This document shows, in pieces, positions 15,314-24,688 of a stretch of DNA of 44,982 bases. The position numbers were made by a program, and so were the translations under genes. Where the stretch lies: positions 1-44,982 of IMG/VR virus record IMGVR_UViG_3300045988_064885; one strand, given 5' to 3'. How positions within the stretch are numbered: position 1 is the stretch's first letter; every line of letters starts with the position of its first letter. Under the pieces are notes generated by a model that saw only the letters and a list, made by a program, of their open reading frames with translations, was not told where the DNA came from and did no database searches. This DNA is from a virus.

Positions 15314-17649
15314 TGGCCAATAAAGTCTTAGAAATGGCGATTGCCATTAAAGGTAAACTCGACGGCGGGTTATCTTCCTCTGTATCAAAAGCATCTCAGG
15401 AACTCAACAAACTATCAAACGTAATCAAGGAACAACAGGCACAATACAGAAAACTGCAAGCTGTCTCACAAAAGTCGGGGAATGTTAGTGACAGGAATGC
15501 GGCTATTGCCGCTGAGCAAAAACTGAATTCTATGTTACAAAGACAGGCCCAGTTGAGGTCTAATATTGCAAGTCAGACTGCGCATCAAAATGCAATCAGC
15601 AAAATGGGAGGTGCAAGCCCTTTAGCAGGGGCAGCATCCGCCGCACAAGGTGCAAGTGCCGCAGTAAGCGGTGTTACAGGAAAGCTCGCAAATTTTGCTA
15701 TGGTCGCAGCCGGAGGTTTTGGTATTGGTGCCATTATAGATAACGTTGTAAATGCGGGCGAGGCACTATATCAACTGTCTAATAAACTGCACATGACGAC
15801 TGCCGAGACGTCACAATTTAAGAAGATTATGACGTTAAGTGGTGTTGATGTAGAAGCGGCGGCTAAGTCATTCGCTAAAATGGATAAGACTTTAGTTAGT
15901 GGTGGTAAAAGTGCCGAAGCGTTGCAAGGATACCTCAGTCAATTTGGAGTATCTTTAACCGATGCAAACGGCAAGTTGTTGCCTATGAACCAACAATTGG
16001 ACGCAATGGCTAAAGGTTACCAAAATGCGGTAGCACAAGGCCGCGGGCAAGAATTCATGCTTGAAACACTAGGTGCCAAAGGCATGGAGCTTACTAAAGT
16101 ATTTGAAAACTATGCAGATGCACAAGCGGCCGCATCACAAATAAAGGGTGTTGGAATAGATCCTAAATCATTGCATGAAATATGGCTACAGATGAATATC
16201 CTGAAAGCGGAAGCTACGCAGGTTGCATTAGGCTTGGCACAGGCATTTATACCGATTGCCCAGCAAATATTACCGGCATTGATACCGGTATTACAAACCG
16301 TTGTAACGTTCATGAAAGATAATAAGGAAGCTATTGCAGCCGTAGTAACTAACGGATTGAAATTAGCCTTACTATATGGTATTGCTACAAAATTGGCATC
16401 TGGTATTACTACAATCACTGCAGCTTTTAAAGGTGTAGAAACGGCCACGAGTGCCTTTAAAGCCGCTGGCGCATTAATAGGAGGACCATGGGTAATTGCT
16501 ATCATGGCGATTATTGCAGCGATATACCTATTAGTAACTAACTGGGATACGATTTGTTCTACATTAACATCTGTTTGGGATAGCGTATGCTCCGGACTAA
16601 GTTCGATATGGGATAGTGTGTGTTCTGCTTTAAGTTCTGCATGGAGTGTCATTATATCAGGTATTATGACTGTGATAAATGGCCTATTATCAATAGGATT
16701 AAGCGTATTTAATGCGTTGAAAGCGGCAATAATTACCTATGTAAATCTATGGTTAAATCTACCAACATATATTGGTATGGCTGTAGGATTTATTATAGGC
16801 ATTATTTTGCGATTGCCTGCGATTATGGTACAAGTTGGTACTGCTGTTATATCTGCCGTTGTATCATTCGCCACAGAGTGTTATACCTTTGCGGTTACCA
16901 CTTTTGGGGCTATGGTTGATGGGATTTATAACTTCTTAATTAATTTACCTACCTACATGATTACATTGGGCGCTGAATTTGTAGCGGCGGTTATCTCGTT
17001 TGCTTCTGAAGCGTATGCTACGGCTACTTCTTGGATTAGTAATTTAGTTAATGATGTTATTAATTTCCTTGTGAACTTACCTAGTGCCTGTGCAGAAGCC
17101 GGAGCGGCGTTTGTAGCAGCTGCAGAGCAATGGGCAAGTGATGCCTATAATGCTGTGGTAAACTGGGTAAGTCAAATTCCGAGTGCGGTATCTAACGCAA
17201 TTGCAGGGGCGTGGGCAAGTATTAAGGCCCAATTTAGCGGAGGTTTCACAGTTGGTGTTTCCGCAGCTGGAGGTAATGCGTATGCTAATGGTGGCGTAAT
17301 TACATCTCCAGAAGTTGCATTGATTGGTGAAGCCGGATATCCTGAAGTCATTGTCCCTATTGATGGTAGTGCTAATGCGATGAATTTATGGCAAACGGCT
17401 GGGCGGATGCTAGGTGTGAGTGGGGCACAGACTGCTGCAGCACCTACTGTATCTCTAGCCCCTAGCTTACCTAAGACTTCAGCTAGTAGTAATAGCGGAG
17501 CGCCTGTTCAAATCACATTCGCACCTGTCATTAACGCGGGTAATAGTTCAACAGATGATATTATGTCAGCATTAGATGCAAAAATGCGTGAATTTGAACA
17601 AATGATGCGTAGCTATACCACTGGGCAACGGAGGTTGAGTTATGACTAG
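15313..17649 (+). CDS. Tail tape measure protein
   Basis: 778 aa with a helical, Ala-rich sequence and a hydrophobic central region, placed after the chaperone pair. Confidence 0.85.
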   Translation: MANKVLEMAIAIKGKLDGGLSSSVSKASQELNKLSNVIKEQQAQYRKLQAVSQKSGNVSDRNAAIAAEQKLNSMLQRQAQLRSNIASQTAHQNAISKMGGASPLAGAASAAQGASAAVSGVTGKLANFAMVAAGGFGIGAIIDNVVNAGEALYQLSNKLHMTTAETSQFKKIMTLSGVDVEAAAKSFAKMDKTLVSGGKSAEALQGYLSQFGVSLTDANGKLLPMNQQLDAMAKGYQNAVAQGRGQEFMLETLGAKGMELTKVFENYADAQAAASQIKGVGIDPKSLHEIWLQMNILKAEATQVALGLAQAFIPIAQQILPALIPVLQTVVTFMKDNKEAIAAVVTNGLKLALLYGIATKLASGITTITAAFKGVETATSAFKAAGALIGGPWVIAIMAIIAAIYLLVTNWDTICSTLTSVWDSVCSGLSSIWDSVCSALSSAWSVIISGIMTVINGLLSIGLSVFNALKAAIITYVNLWLNLPTYIGMAVGFIIGIILRLPAIMVQVGTAVISAVVSFATECYTFAVTTFGAMVDGIYNFLINLPTYMITLGAEFVAAVISFASEAYATATSWISNLVNDVINFLVNLPSACAEAGAAFVAAAEQWASDAYNAVVNWVSQIPSAVSNAIAGAWASIKAQFSGGFTVGVSAAGGNAYANGGVITSPEVALIGEAGYPEVIVPIDGSANAMNLWQTAGRMLGVSGAQTAAAPTVSLAPSLPKTSASSNSGAPVQITFAPVINAGNSSTDDIMSALDAKMREFEQMMRSYTTGQRRLSYD

Positions 17650-17845
17650 TTATACAACAATACAAGGGGATATGTGGGACTTAATCGCCTATAAGGTGTA
17701 TGGTAACGAACGATACATCAATTTATTGTTAGAAGCCAATCAAAAGCACCGTAATACGGCAATATTTTCCGCAGGTGTTGTGTTAACATGCCCAGATGTT
17801 CCTCCTGATTCCTTACCTGAATTCTTACCACCATGGAGGCGATAG
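17642..17845 (+). CDS. Tail protein X (LysM-like, P2 gpX type)
   Basis: 67 aa. YTTIQGDMWDLIAYKVYGNE is LysM-like. It lies between the tape measure and the gpD-like gene. Confidence 0.65.
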   Translation: MTSYTTIQGDMWDLIAYKVYGNERYINLLLEANQKHRNTAIFSAGVVLTCPDVPPDSLPEFLPPWRR

Positions 17846-17848
17846 TAC

Positions 17849-19009
17849 ATGAGCTTACAAAAGAGCCTAGCTAAGGTCCAAAAATGGAAGAAGGATTTAA
17901 CGCCACAAACGAAGTTAGCACGGCGGGCATGGTGTACGATTGGCTACCAACATTGGGGGAGTAAGGAATCAAAGGACATCACCGACGATATTAGTAAATA
18001 CCTTCTTGATGTAACTTTCACAGATAACCTTTCAGGAACTGTAGATGATGTGGCTATTTCATTAGAGGATAGGGGTCGTCTATGGGTCGGTGATTGGTAT
18101 CCTGTGAAAGGATCATTACTAGAAGTCGCCATTAATACAGTAGCATGGGAGAAATTAGGGGATGAACAATTTACGTTACCAATCGGCAAATTTGAAATTG
18201 ATGAATTCGAAGGAAGTAGCCTTCCGGATGTAGTCAAAATCAAAGGTGTTGCTATTATCGGTAGCACTGACTTACGGGAGAAAAAGAAAGACAAATCGTG
18301 GAAAGATACAACGCTTAAAGCGATTGCTACCGAGAAAGCGAAAGATAATAAGTTAAAGCTATTGTGGGATGCAGATTTTGACCCACCGTTAAAAGATGCC
18401 TCTCAAAGTGCTGAATCAGACCTCGCATTTTTGCAAAAACTTTGCAATGATGCGGGGTTTTCTCTTAAGGTATCCACTGAACAGTTGATTATATTCGATG
18501 ATTACAAATACGAAAATGTAAAGCCTAAAGTCATTATTCGTAGACCAGGTGGTCAATATCAACCTGTACAAACTAAAGAAGGTGAACAACCGCCTTTGAT
18601 CATTACTAGGGCAATATCTTATTCGTACAAGAGTAAAACTCGTGAAGTATATCGAGCATGCCATGTGAAATATACAGATAAGGATAAGAAAACTGTGATT
18701 GAGGATACGTTTGAAGATCCTGACCGTAAGGGGCATACGTACCTTGCCGTGTTGGAAGTTAATGAGCAGGTAAAAGACAAGGCCGAGGCAACTAGACTTG
18801 CTAAGAAGAAGCTTAGAGAAGCTAATAAAGAAGCGGATACAATGTCTTTTAGTTTCCCTGGGAACCCTCTTATTATGGCATCGGTTACTGTTAAGCTCGA
18901 AGGTTTTGGGGTGTTCGATGGTAATTATTTAATTACGAAAGCGACACATACATTAGGGGCCAATTATTCAACGTCGATTGATGTAAGGAGGTGTTTAAAT
19001 GGCTACTGA
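17849..19009 (+). CDS. Baseplate hub / late control D-like tail protein
   Basis: 386 aa, in a P2 gpD / Mu gp44-like position. Confidence 0.7.
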   Translation: MSLQKSLAKVQKWKKDLTPQTKLARRAWCTIGYQHWGSKESKDITDDISKYLLDVTFTDNLSGTVDDVAISLEDRGRLWVGDWYPVKGSLLEVAINTVAWEKLGDEQFTLPIGKFEIDEFEGSSLPDVVKIKGVAIIGSTDLREKKKDKSWKDTTLKAIATEKAKDNKLKLLWDADFDPPLKDASQSAESDLAFLQKLCNDAGFSLKVSTEQLIIFDDYKYENVKPKVIIRRPGGQYQPVQTKEGEQPPLIITRAISYSYKSKTREVYRACHVKYTDKDKKTVIEDTFEDPDRKGHTYLAVLEVNEQVKDKAEATRLAKKKLREANKEADTMSFSFPGNPLIMASVTVKLEGFGVFDGNYLITKATHTLGANYSTSIDVRRCLNGY

Positions 19010-19463
19010 TATATTATCTGCATTAGCAGATATGATATTCATTGGAAATGTTTCAAGTACAATTCCTGAAGAAGGAAAAGCCGTTGTTACACGCCTTGAT
19101 AGAGAAGGTGTTGTAACGGCGCCGTTATCTGTCATTAATCGAGGTGCAGCACACGATAAGGACTATTGGATGCCAGCTATTGACGACCAGGTATTATGCA
19201 TTATGCTACCAAATCGGTCTGGTCGTGGCTTTTCTGATGGATTCATTATTGGAACATTCTTTAGTAGTGCGGATCCAACTCCAGGTGGAGCAGATAATGG
19301 TAAACGTATGCTCACTGTTCCTGGAGATATGACACTCAATGTTGGTGGCACTTTATCAATCAATGCAAGTAGTGGTGATGTAGTGGTTAATGGTATTTCC
19401 TTAGTTCATCATGTGCATGGCGGTGTAGTGTCTGGCGGTTCTACAACAGCCGGACCAAAATAG
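18999..19463 (+). CDS. Baseplate spike protein (gpV / Mu gp45-like)
   Basis: 154 aa, following the hub gene, with a Gly-rich C-terminus: VHHVHGGVVSGGSTTAGP. Confidence 0.6.
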   Translation: MATDILSALADMIFIGNVSSTIPEEGKAVVTRLDREGVVTAPLSVINRGAAHDKDYWMPAIDDQVLCIMLPNRSGRGFSDGFIIGTFFSSADPTPGGADNGKRMLTVPGDMTLNVGGTLSINASSGDVVVNGISLVHHVHGGVVSGGSTTAGPK

Positions 19464-19472
19464 GAGGTATAG

Positions 19473-19949
19473 ATGTATATCGGATATTTAGCGGATATAG
19501 TATTCTATACCGCATTAGACAATGTTCTCACTGTATCTGACGTAACGCGTTCAGGTAGTGCTAGATGGGAGAAGCACAATCTGATGTTAGAAAAGCCTGT
19601 TAAACAATTTAGTGGGCCGGATGTAGAACAAATCACTTGTAAAATTCTTATTTCTGCATCGCTTGGACAATCTCCGGATAGTACTGTTAAGAAGTTGCGA
19701 AATTATCGCGATACAGGAGCTGTATTGCCGTTTATTATTGGCGGTAAGCCTGTTAGCCAAAACTACTTTGTAATCATGTCCCTGAGTGAAGATAGTTTAT
19801 TTACGGATGCATATGGCAAGACACAATCTATTGAGGTATCGCTAACTCTTGAGGAATATCCAGATAAAAATACAGTAGAAGAAAAGTCGCTTCTTAATAA
19901 ATATGGTAATACATTTAATCAAGTTAATACGATATTACGGAGGTTCTAG
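19473..19949 (+). CDS. Tail protein, P2 gpU-like
   Basis: 158 aa. The pattern ...SARWEKH...FSGPDVEQI...IGGKPV...YFVIMSLSE...IEVSLTLEEY parallels gpU. Confidence 0.5.
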   Translation: MYIGYLADIVFYTALDNVLTVSDVTRSGSARWEKHNLMLEKPVKQFSGPDVEQITCKILISASLGQSPDSTVKKLRNYRDTGAVLPFIIGGKPVSQNYFVIMSLSEDSLFTDAYGKTQSIEVSLTLEEYPDKNTVEEKSLLNKYGNTFNQVNTILRRF

Positions 19950-19951
19950 CC

Positions 19952-20263
19952 ATGCCAGCAACGTATGAAATTAAACCAGTTACGGACAATAGGATATCGC
20001 TAGCACCTGAAAGTGAAGTTGCTGAGATTTTGCAGAATGTGCAAACGATTATTTCTACTGTTCGTGGTAGTGTGCCACTAGATAGGGAGTTTGGTATTGA
20101 TGGCCGTATTATTGATATGCCTATCCATCAAGCTCAAGCGCATCTATCTAATGACATATTCCAACAAATTAAACGGTACGAACCGCGTGCCAAAATTAGT
20201 GATATATCGTTTACCGCCACACATAATGGGGCGTTGATTCCGAAAGTAATGGTGACTATATGA
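19952..20263 (+). CDS. Baseplate wedge protein (gpW / T4 gp25-like)
   Basis: 103 aa, directly upstream of the gpJ-like gene. It contains RGSVPLDREFG and the IKRYEPR motif typical of the GPW_gp25 family. Confidence 0.75.
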   Translation: MPATYEIKPVTDNRISLAPESEVAEILQNVQTIISTVRGSVPLDREFGIDGRIIDMPIHQAQAHLSNDIFQQIKRYEPRAKISDISFTATHNGALIPKVMVTI

Positions 20264-21381
20264 GATTATCTGATTTACCTAATGTTGAATTCTTTAACAC
20301 AGATAAAGAACACGTTCAACAAAAGGTATTTGATATTTACACAACAATAACAGGGCGAACCTTGGGAGAGGGCGACCCTGTTACTTTATTTTTAAATGTA
20401 ATTTCGGAAATTATTATCCGATTATTAAACGATGCCAATTATGCAGCGAAACAAAATCTGTTAGCATATGCAGAAGGTGATAATTTAGATCACGTTGGAG
20501 CTGTTCCTGCTGCCGTTGAGCGATTGCGGGCAACAAAAGCAACTACGACTATCCAAGCTACCTTGTCAGCAGTGCGTACGAACTCTGTTATTATTCCAAA
20601 AGGTACAAAAATATCCACAGCAGGTGGCGAATATTTTGTTACTGTTGAGAATTTGGTAATTCTACCAGGTCAACTCAATGGGTCCGTAAAAGCAGAAGCA
20701 CAACGTACAGGCGCACAAGGTAATGGGTTTAAACCAGGTGAAATAAGTACAATTATTGACCCTATAGCATTTGTGGATACGATGAGTAACACCACATTGT
20801 CTGAAGGTGGCTCTGATACAGAGGATGACGAAGCCTATCGTGAACGTATTCATGAGTCTCCTGAATCATTCTCCGTGGCAGGCCCTGAAGGTGCCTATGA
20901 GTATTTTACAAAATCTGCATCACACCTCGTGGCCGATGTAGGTGTATCCTCTCCACATCCTGGGGAAGTTAATATCTATCCATTACTATCTGGCGGTGGT
21001 ATTCCAGGGCAAGAATTGCTTAAGACTATTACGGATTATTTGTCTGATAAGAAACGTAGACCGTTAACAGATAAGCTAACTGTATTAGCCCCTACTACTA
21101 CGCAATATAACATCGATGCTAAGTACTACATTGAAAAAGGTGCCGATGCCACAGTGGTAAAAGCTAAGGCAGATAAAGCCGTCAATGACTATGTAATTTG
21201 GCAAAAATCTAAATTAGGCCGTGATATAGTGCCTAGTCGATTGGTGCAAATGCTCATGGATGTATCTGGAATTAAACGCGTTGAAGTGACTGCCCCTGTA
21301 TTTACTCCGATTGCAGAACAAAGTGGAGTAGCAGTAGCTAATACAATCGCTGTGGTATTAGCAGGAAGTGAGGAAGAATGA
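20260..21381 (+). CDS. Baseplate J-like protein
   Basis: 373 aa, in the W-J-I order and overlapping its neighbours. Confidence 0.8.
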   Translation: MRLSDLPNVEFFNTDKEHVQQKVFDIYTTITGRTLGEGDPVTLFLNVISEIIIRLLNDANYAAKQNLLAYAEGDNLDHVGAVPAAVERLRATKATTTIQATLSAVRTNSVIIPKGTKISTAGGEYFVTVENLVILPGQLNGSVKAEAQRTGAQGNGFKPGEISTIIDPIAFVDTMSNTTLSEGGSDTEDDEAYRERIHESPESFSVAGPEGAYEYFTKSASHLVADVGVSSPHPGEVNIYPLLSGGGIPGQELLKTITDYLSDKKRRPLTDKLTVLAPTTTQYNIDAKYYIEKGADATVVKAKADKAVNDYVIWQKSKLGRDIVPSRLVQMLMDVSGIKRVEVTAPVFTPIAEQSGVAVANTIAVVLAGSEEE

Positions 21382-22037
21382 TACTTGATAGTAAGTATAC
21401 TAGTGCGGATCATCTTCCGTCCTCAATCGATAAGGAACCAATTAAGCCCCTTGCTAAAACTTGGGACGATATGCTGGCCGAATTTATGAATACATCTACC
21501 CTACTATTATGGTCGTCTATTGATACTGAATCAGAGAGTGTAATTGATCATTTAGCATATCAATTACACGTGGATGACTATGACAGCGGGCTACCGATAG
21601 AGACTAAACGCGAAATGGTGAAGAATTCAATTGATATTCACCGCCATAAAGGCACGCCATATGCTGTTGAAAAAGCCGTACAGACTATATATTCAGATTC
21701 GAAAATAGCAGAATGGTTCGATTATGGAGGTAAGCCTTATTATTTTAAGGTTACGCTCATTACAGCGCCATTAACCGGCAAATCGGATATTGTTAAGCTT
21801 ATACGCGCTATCAATGCCGCCAAGAATGTACGGTCCTGGTTAGATGGTATTGAATTCATTCGACGAATTAATTTCAATAAGTATTTCGCTGGGTGGTGCG
21901 GTGTGTCTAAGAAAGTGAATATCAAGTGTGATTTTACGAATGCATGGCGCATTAATTTGAATACCCATGTAACGTCTTACACAGTTGAATCAAAGAAAAC
22001 GAAGATTAATGTAGCGCTAGATAATAGCGTTAGATAG
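21378..22037 (+). CDS. Baseplate/tail protein I-like
   Basis: 219 aa. It contains the HRHKGTPYAVEKAV motif typical of P2 gpI-type proteins and lies upstream of the fibre gene. Confidence 0.65.
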   Translation: MILDSKYTSADHLPSSIDKEPIKPLAKTWDDMLAEFMNTSTLLLWSSIDTESESVIDHLAYQLHVDDYDSGLPIETKREMVKNSIDIHRHKGTPYAVEKAVQTIYSDSKIAEWFDYGGKPYYFKVTLITAPLTGKSDIVKLIRAINAAKNVRSWLDGIEFIRRINFNKYFAGWCGVSKKVNIKCDFTNAWRINLNTHVTSYTVESKKTKINVALDNSVR

Positions 22038-22046
22038 GAGGAATAT

Positions 22047-22943
22047 ATGGCAGAATGGTCAAATGCAACCATGACTGATGTTGGTGCTGCTTTGCAAGCA
22101 AAGGTAAATGCGGGCAAGACTAAACTGACATTCACGAAAATCAAAGTCGGTAGTGGTGTTAATGCAACGAATCCATTGGCATTAACTGATGTAATCTCCT
22201 CTAAATGGGAGACTACTAATTTTGTAGTTAAGCTAGAAGGTAAAATTGTAAGCGTTGATACATTTATAACTAATACTGGCATACATGAAGCTTTTCGAAT
22301 GTCTGAAATTGGGTTATTTGCGCAAGATCCTGATAAGGGCGAAATATTGTATGCATACCTTACGGACCCTGAACCGGACAGAATGCCGGCAGAAAGTGGC
22401 TCAGTAGTTGTATCTCAAGAATTAACCATCGGAATGGTATTTAGTAATACAGGAAATGTATCGCTAACTGTTAATATAGGTGCGTTGATAACACGTGAGC
22501 AGTTAACAGAAGCAGTTAAACAACATAACACAGATATTTCATCTCACCCTCCTATTACAGACCAAATTAAAGCAATCCTTGGTAGTTCTAACTGGAAAGA
22601 CTCTCCGGCGAGTACGCTTGTTACAATTAAAAGCTTATTAGGGCAAGGCGCTATCGTGGCATCTAAGCTCGACGCTAATGCGGGGTTTGTTAAATTTGCA
22701 AATGGTTTCACTATCCAGTGGGGAATAGGAGGGCAGGATAACGTGACCAAAAGTGAAGTAAGATTCCCAATCAAATTCACAACGCTATTTATGGCCAACG
22801 CTATTGATGCATACTGGTCAGGTTCTGACACGCCTAGGTATTTCGCTAACTCCGTGTCGGAGAGCAACTCCACTAAAGCCGTATTTTCGGCAAGCGATAG
22901 ATACGCTGCTTCTTATTACTGGTTTGCTCTAGGGATTATCTAG
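22047..22943 (+). CDS. Tail fibre protein, currently expressing C-terminal variant A
   Basis: The N-terminal tail-collar-like segment is MTDVGAALQAKVNAGKTKLTFTKIKVGSG. The C-terminal receptor-binding-type domain starts at FTIQWG and ends YYWFALGII. Confidence 0.8.
   Translation: MAEWSNATMTDVGAALQAKVNAGKTKLTFTKIKVGSGVNATNPLALTDVISSKWETTNFVVKLEGKIVSVDTFITNTGIHEAFRMSEIGLFAQDPDKGEILYAYLTDPEPDRMPAESGSVVVSQELTIGMVFSNTGNVSLTVNIGALITREQLTEAVKQHNTDISSHPPITDQIKAILGSSNWKDSPASTLVTIKSLLGQGAIVASKLDANAGFVKFANGFTIQWGIGGQDNVTKSEVRFPIKFTTLFMANAIDAYWSGSDTPRYFANSVSESNSTKAVFSASDRYAASYYWFALGII
22712..22727 (+). repeat. Recombination site inside the fibre gene (TATCCAGTGGGGAATA)
   Basis: 22715-22727 is the exact reverse complement of 23403-23415. 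22712-22722 is the exact reverse complement of 23164-23174. Confidence 0.8.
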
Positions 22944-23173
22944 TTACCTATGATAATGAACATAATCTGATCACCAACGCCTTGCTGTCCTCTATAGTCA
23001 CTATCCTTATATGTTAGCTGATTTCTAGAAGTCGATAAAATGATTTCAGAAAATGAATAATCACCGTTATATCTTGCGGTAGAAACGGCGATAGTCTTGT
23101 TACTGAACTCTACCGGGTAGCGCACAGTCCAAGGCTTAGGTTGATTATAGGCGTTAAATAATACCCACTGGAT
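22940..23173 (-). other. Silent inverted tail-fibre C-terminal cassette B (77 codons, no start codon or RBS)
   Basis: The minus strand reads IQWVLFNAYNQPKPWTVRYPVEFSNKTIAVSTARYNGDYSFSEIILSTSRNQLTYKDSDYRGQQGVGDQIMFIIIGN*. This matches the architecture of the expressed C-terminus (IQW...F/YP..F...W/F.IG). It ends tail-to-tail with the fibre gene in a shared CTAG. Confidence 0.75.
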
Positions 23174-23174
23174 A
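23164..23174 (-). repeat. Inverted recombination site B (TATCCAGTGGG on the minus strand)
   Basis: An 11-bp exact inverted match to 22712-22722, in the same codon phase (ATC CAG TGG). Confidence 0.75.
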
Positions 23175-23414
23175 TTAATTCTTCCCTATGGCCATCCAAA
23201 CGAAACTGCCTGTGTCCGCTCTGTTGGTTAAGAATCGGATGGTGGTTCTATTAGACTGAGAGAACCCACTGTTCCAAGTAATAAAGCATTGTGCACCAGA
23301 AGTTTCAACACTGACAGAGTCATCGGTAGCTAAGGCTATTAGTACGGTGCTGCTAATCGGTAGGGAAATATCCTTATAGTACTTATTAGTATCAAACCAA
23401 GTTATTCCCCACTG
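23175..23414 (-). other. Silent inverted tail-fibre C-terminal cassette C (79 codons, no start codon or RBS)
   Basis: The minus strand reads QWGITWFDTNKYYKDISLPISSTVLIALATDDSVSVETSGAQCFITWNSGFSQSNRTTIRFLTNRADTGSFVWMAIGKN*. It ends with the WxAIG-type motif typical of fibre tips. Confidence 0.75.
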
Positions 23415-23415
23415 G
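23403..23415 (-). repeat. Inverted recombination site C (CCAGTGGGGAATA on the minus strand)
   Basis: A 13-bp exact inverted match to 22715-22727, in the same codon phase (CAG TGG GGA ATA). It lies 5 nt from the recombinase stop codon. Confidence 0.8.
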
Positions 23416-23419
23416 GGAG

Positions 23420-24271
23420 TTACTTTAATAATTCTATGGACTTGCGTAGCTCACGAATGGTCTTATGCGTGTATACCCTAGTAGTGATATCGCCTTGTTT
23501 ATGCCCTAACAAAGAGCGTAAAGCATTGGGCGGGGCAACCGCATCAAGCAGACTGGCGAATGTGTGCCGGGTATCATGGATAGTATGCTTACAGTTAAGC
23601 TGCTTCAAGACATCCTGGAAATGCTTACGAAATGTTGTGTAGCTGATAGGAAATAGATAATTGTCTGTAGAATTGTATACCTGCTCAATTAATGGCGCGA
23701 TGCGGTGATGTATAGGAATAATACGACCTTCACCGGCTTTAGTTTTGGCGTGTTTTACAATAAGGTATGATGATCGTCTATTGATATCTTGCCTGCGTAA
23801 ATTAAGTAGCTCACCGATACGTAGTCCGGTGTAAAGCAGTATTAAAATCATGCGAGAGTAAGAAGTATCTATTGCCCATAATTTGTTGATTTGTTGGCGA
23901 GTGAATACTCTCCTTTTAATCGTCGGCTTATTGGGCCCTAGATTTAGATGCTGGGCATAATTAGTGATAGGGTAATCTTTAATGATTGCGTAATTAAATA
24001 ATTGATTAAGTAGTGTACGGACTTTCTTACAAGATGAGTAGGAAAGTTCTTTTACGTGCATGGAATTAATCACGTTCTGAAGGTGCTGAAAATGAATATC
24101 CGTGATAGACATATCCGATATGTTGGATATGTGTTTAAAAGCGATGTGATAAGACTTAACAGCACTATTAGTAATAGACTGAGAGTGAATAGGCAGCCAC
24201 TCGTTAAATAGTTGCCTTAATGTAATGGTATTGCGTTGTCTACGTTTTAATATAATAGCGTAACGGCGCAT
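23420..24271 (-). CDS. Small tyrosine recombinase (XerC/D / Rci-like); putative tail-fibre invertase
   Basis: 283 aa. The Arg-I region is LLYTGLRIGELLNLRRQDI, box II is HDTRHTFASLL, and LLGH...RVYTH carries the catalytic Tyr. It is the only minus-strand gene in the late operon and abuts the inverted cassettes. Confidence 0.85.
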   Translation of the reverse strand: MRRYAIILKRRQRNTITLRQLFNEWLPIHSQSITNSAVKSYHIAFKHISNISDMSITDIHFQHLQNVINSMHVKELSYSSCKKVRTLLNQLFNYAIIKDYPITNYAQHLNLGPNKPTIKRRVFTRQQINKLWAIDTSYSRMILILLYTGLRIGELLNLRRQDINRRSSYLIVKHAKTKAGEGRIIPIHHRIAPLIEQVYNSTDNYLFPISYTTFRKHFQDVLKQLNCKHTIHDTRHTFASLLDAVAPPNALRSLLGHKQGDITTRVYTHKTIRELRKSIELLK

Positions 24272-24297
24272 AATTTCACCTCCGAAAGGATACGACT

Positions 24298-24687
24298 ATG
24301 AATCAATATGTATTTATTTTAAATGAAAAAGGGGAACGAATTACATCCCTGTGTGATAACACGTTGAGCCGTGAAACTATTATGGCGCAAGCTGAACACG
24401 ATTACCCAAATGCGCAATATGTGTATTCTGCAGATGGTGACGCAATGCTTGATGAATTTATGAGCGGTAAAGCGTATGTAGACGGAAAATTCGTTGCGCC
24501 TGATCCGTATGTTCCTACAAAGGAAGATAAAATTAACGCGATTAAATCTGAATACGAGCCGCGCTTCAAATCCTTAGAAGAGGCTCAGCGCAGATTGTTA
24601 TTAATGGGAAAACCTACTACGGCTATTAGCGCACAATATATTAAATTAAATGACGAAATGGTAACACGTATTAAGGAGGTGCGATAA
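24298..24687 (+). CDS. Hypothetical protein; possible tail-fibre assembly/chaperone-like protein
   Basis: A 129-aa ORF downstream of the fibre locus. The functional call rests on position and a loose C-terminal resemblance only. Confidence 0.4.
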   Translation: MNQYVFILNEKGERITSLCDNTLSRETIMAQAEHDYPNAQYVYSADGDAMLDEFMSGKAYVDGKFVAPDPYVPTKEDKINAIKSEYEPRFKSLEEAQRRLLLMGKPTTAISAQYIKLNDEMVTRIKEVR

Positions 24688-24688
24688 T

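Noticed and set aside
16110-16652. A long antisense ORF (180 aa) inside the tape measure gene. Similar antisense or alternative-frame ORFs occur at 1390-1938, 4411-4758, 9049-9757, 35723-36679, 37986-38345, 44310-44708 and elsewhere.
   Set aside because: They lie entirely within well-supported genes, lack RBSs, and have low-complexity or biased composition typical of shadow ORFs.
22940-23125. The track ORF 22940..23125 (-) as an independent 61-aa gene.
   Set aside because: Its apparent GTG start has no RBS. The frame is open further upstream to the inverted repeat at 23173, and the product is homologous in layout to the fibre C-terminus. It is a silent cassette, not a stand-alone gene.
23420-24271. 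The second tyrosine recombinase as a redundant integrase or a Xer-type dimer resolvase.
   Set aside because: This cannot be fully excluded. However, it has no adjacent att-like tRNA fragment or arm repeats. It is embedded in the tail operon, and its stop codon lies 5 nt from an inverted repeat that is in codon phase with the fibre gene. An invertase role fits better.
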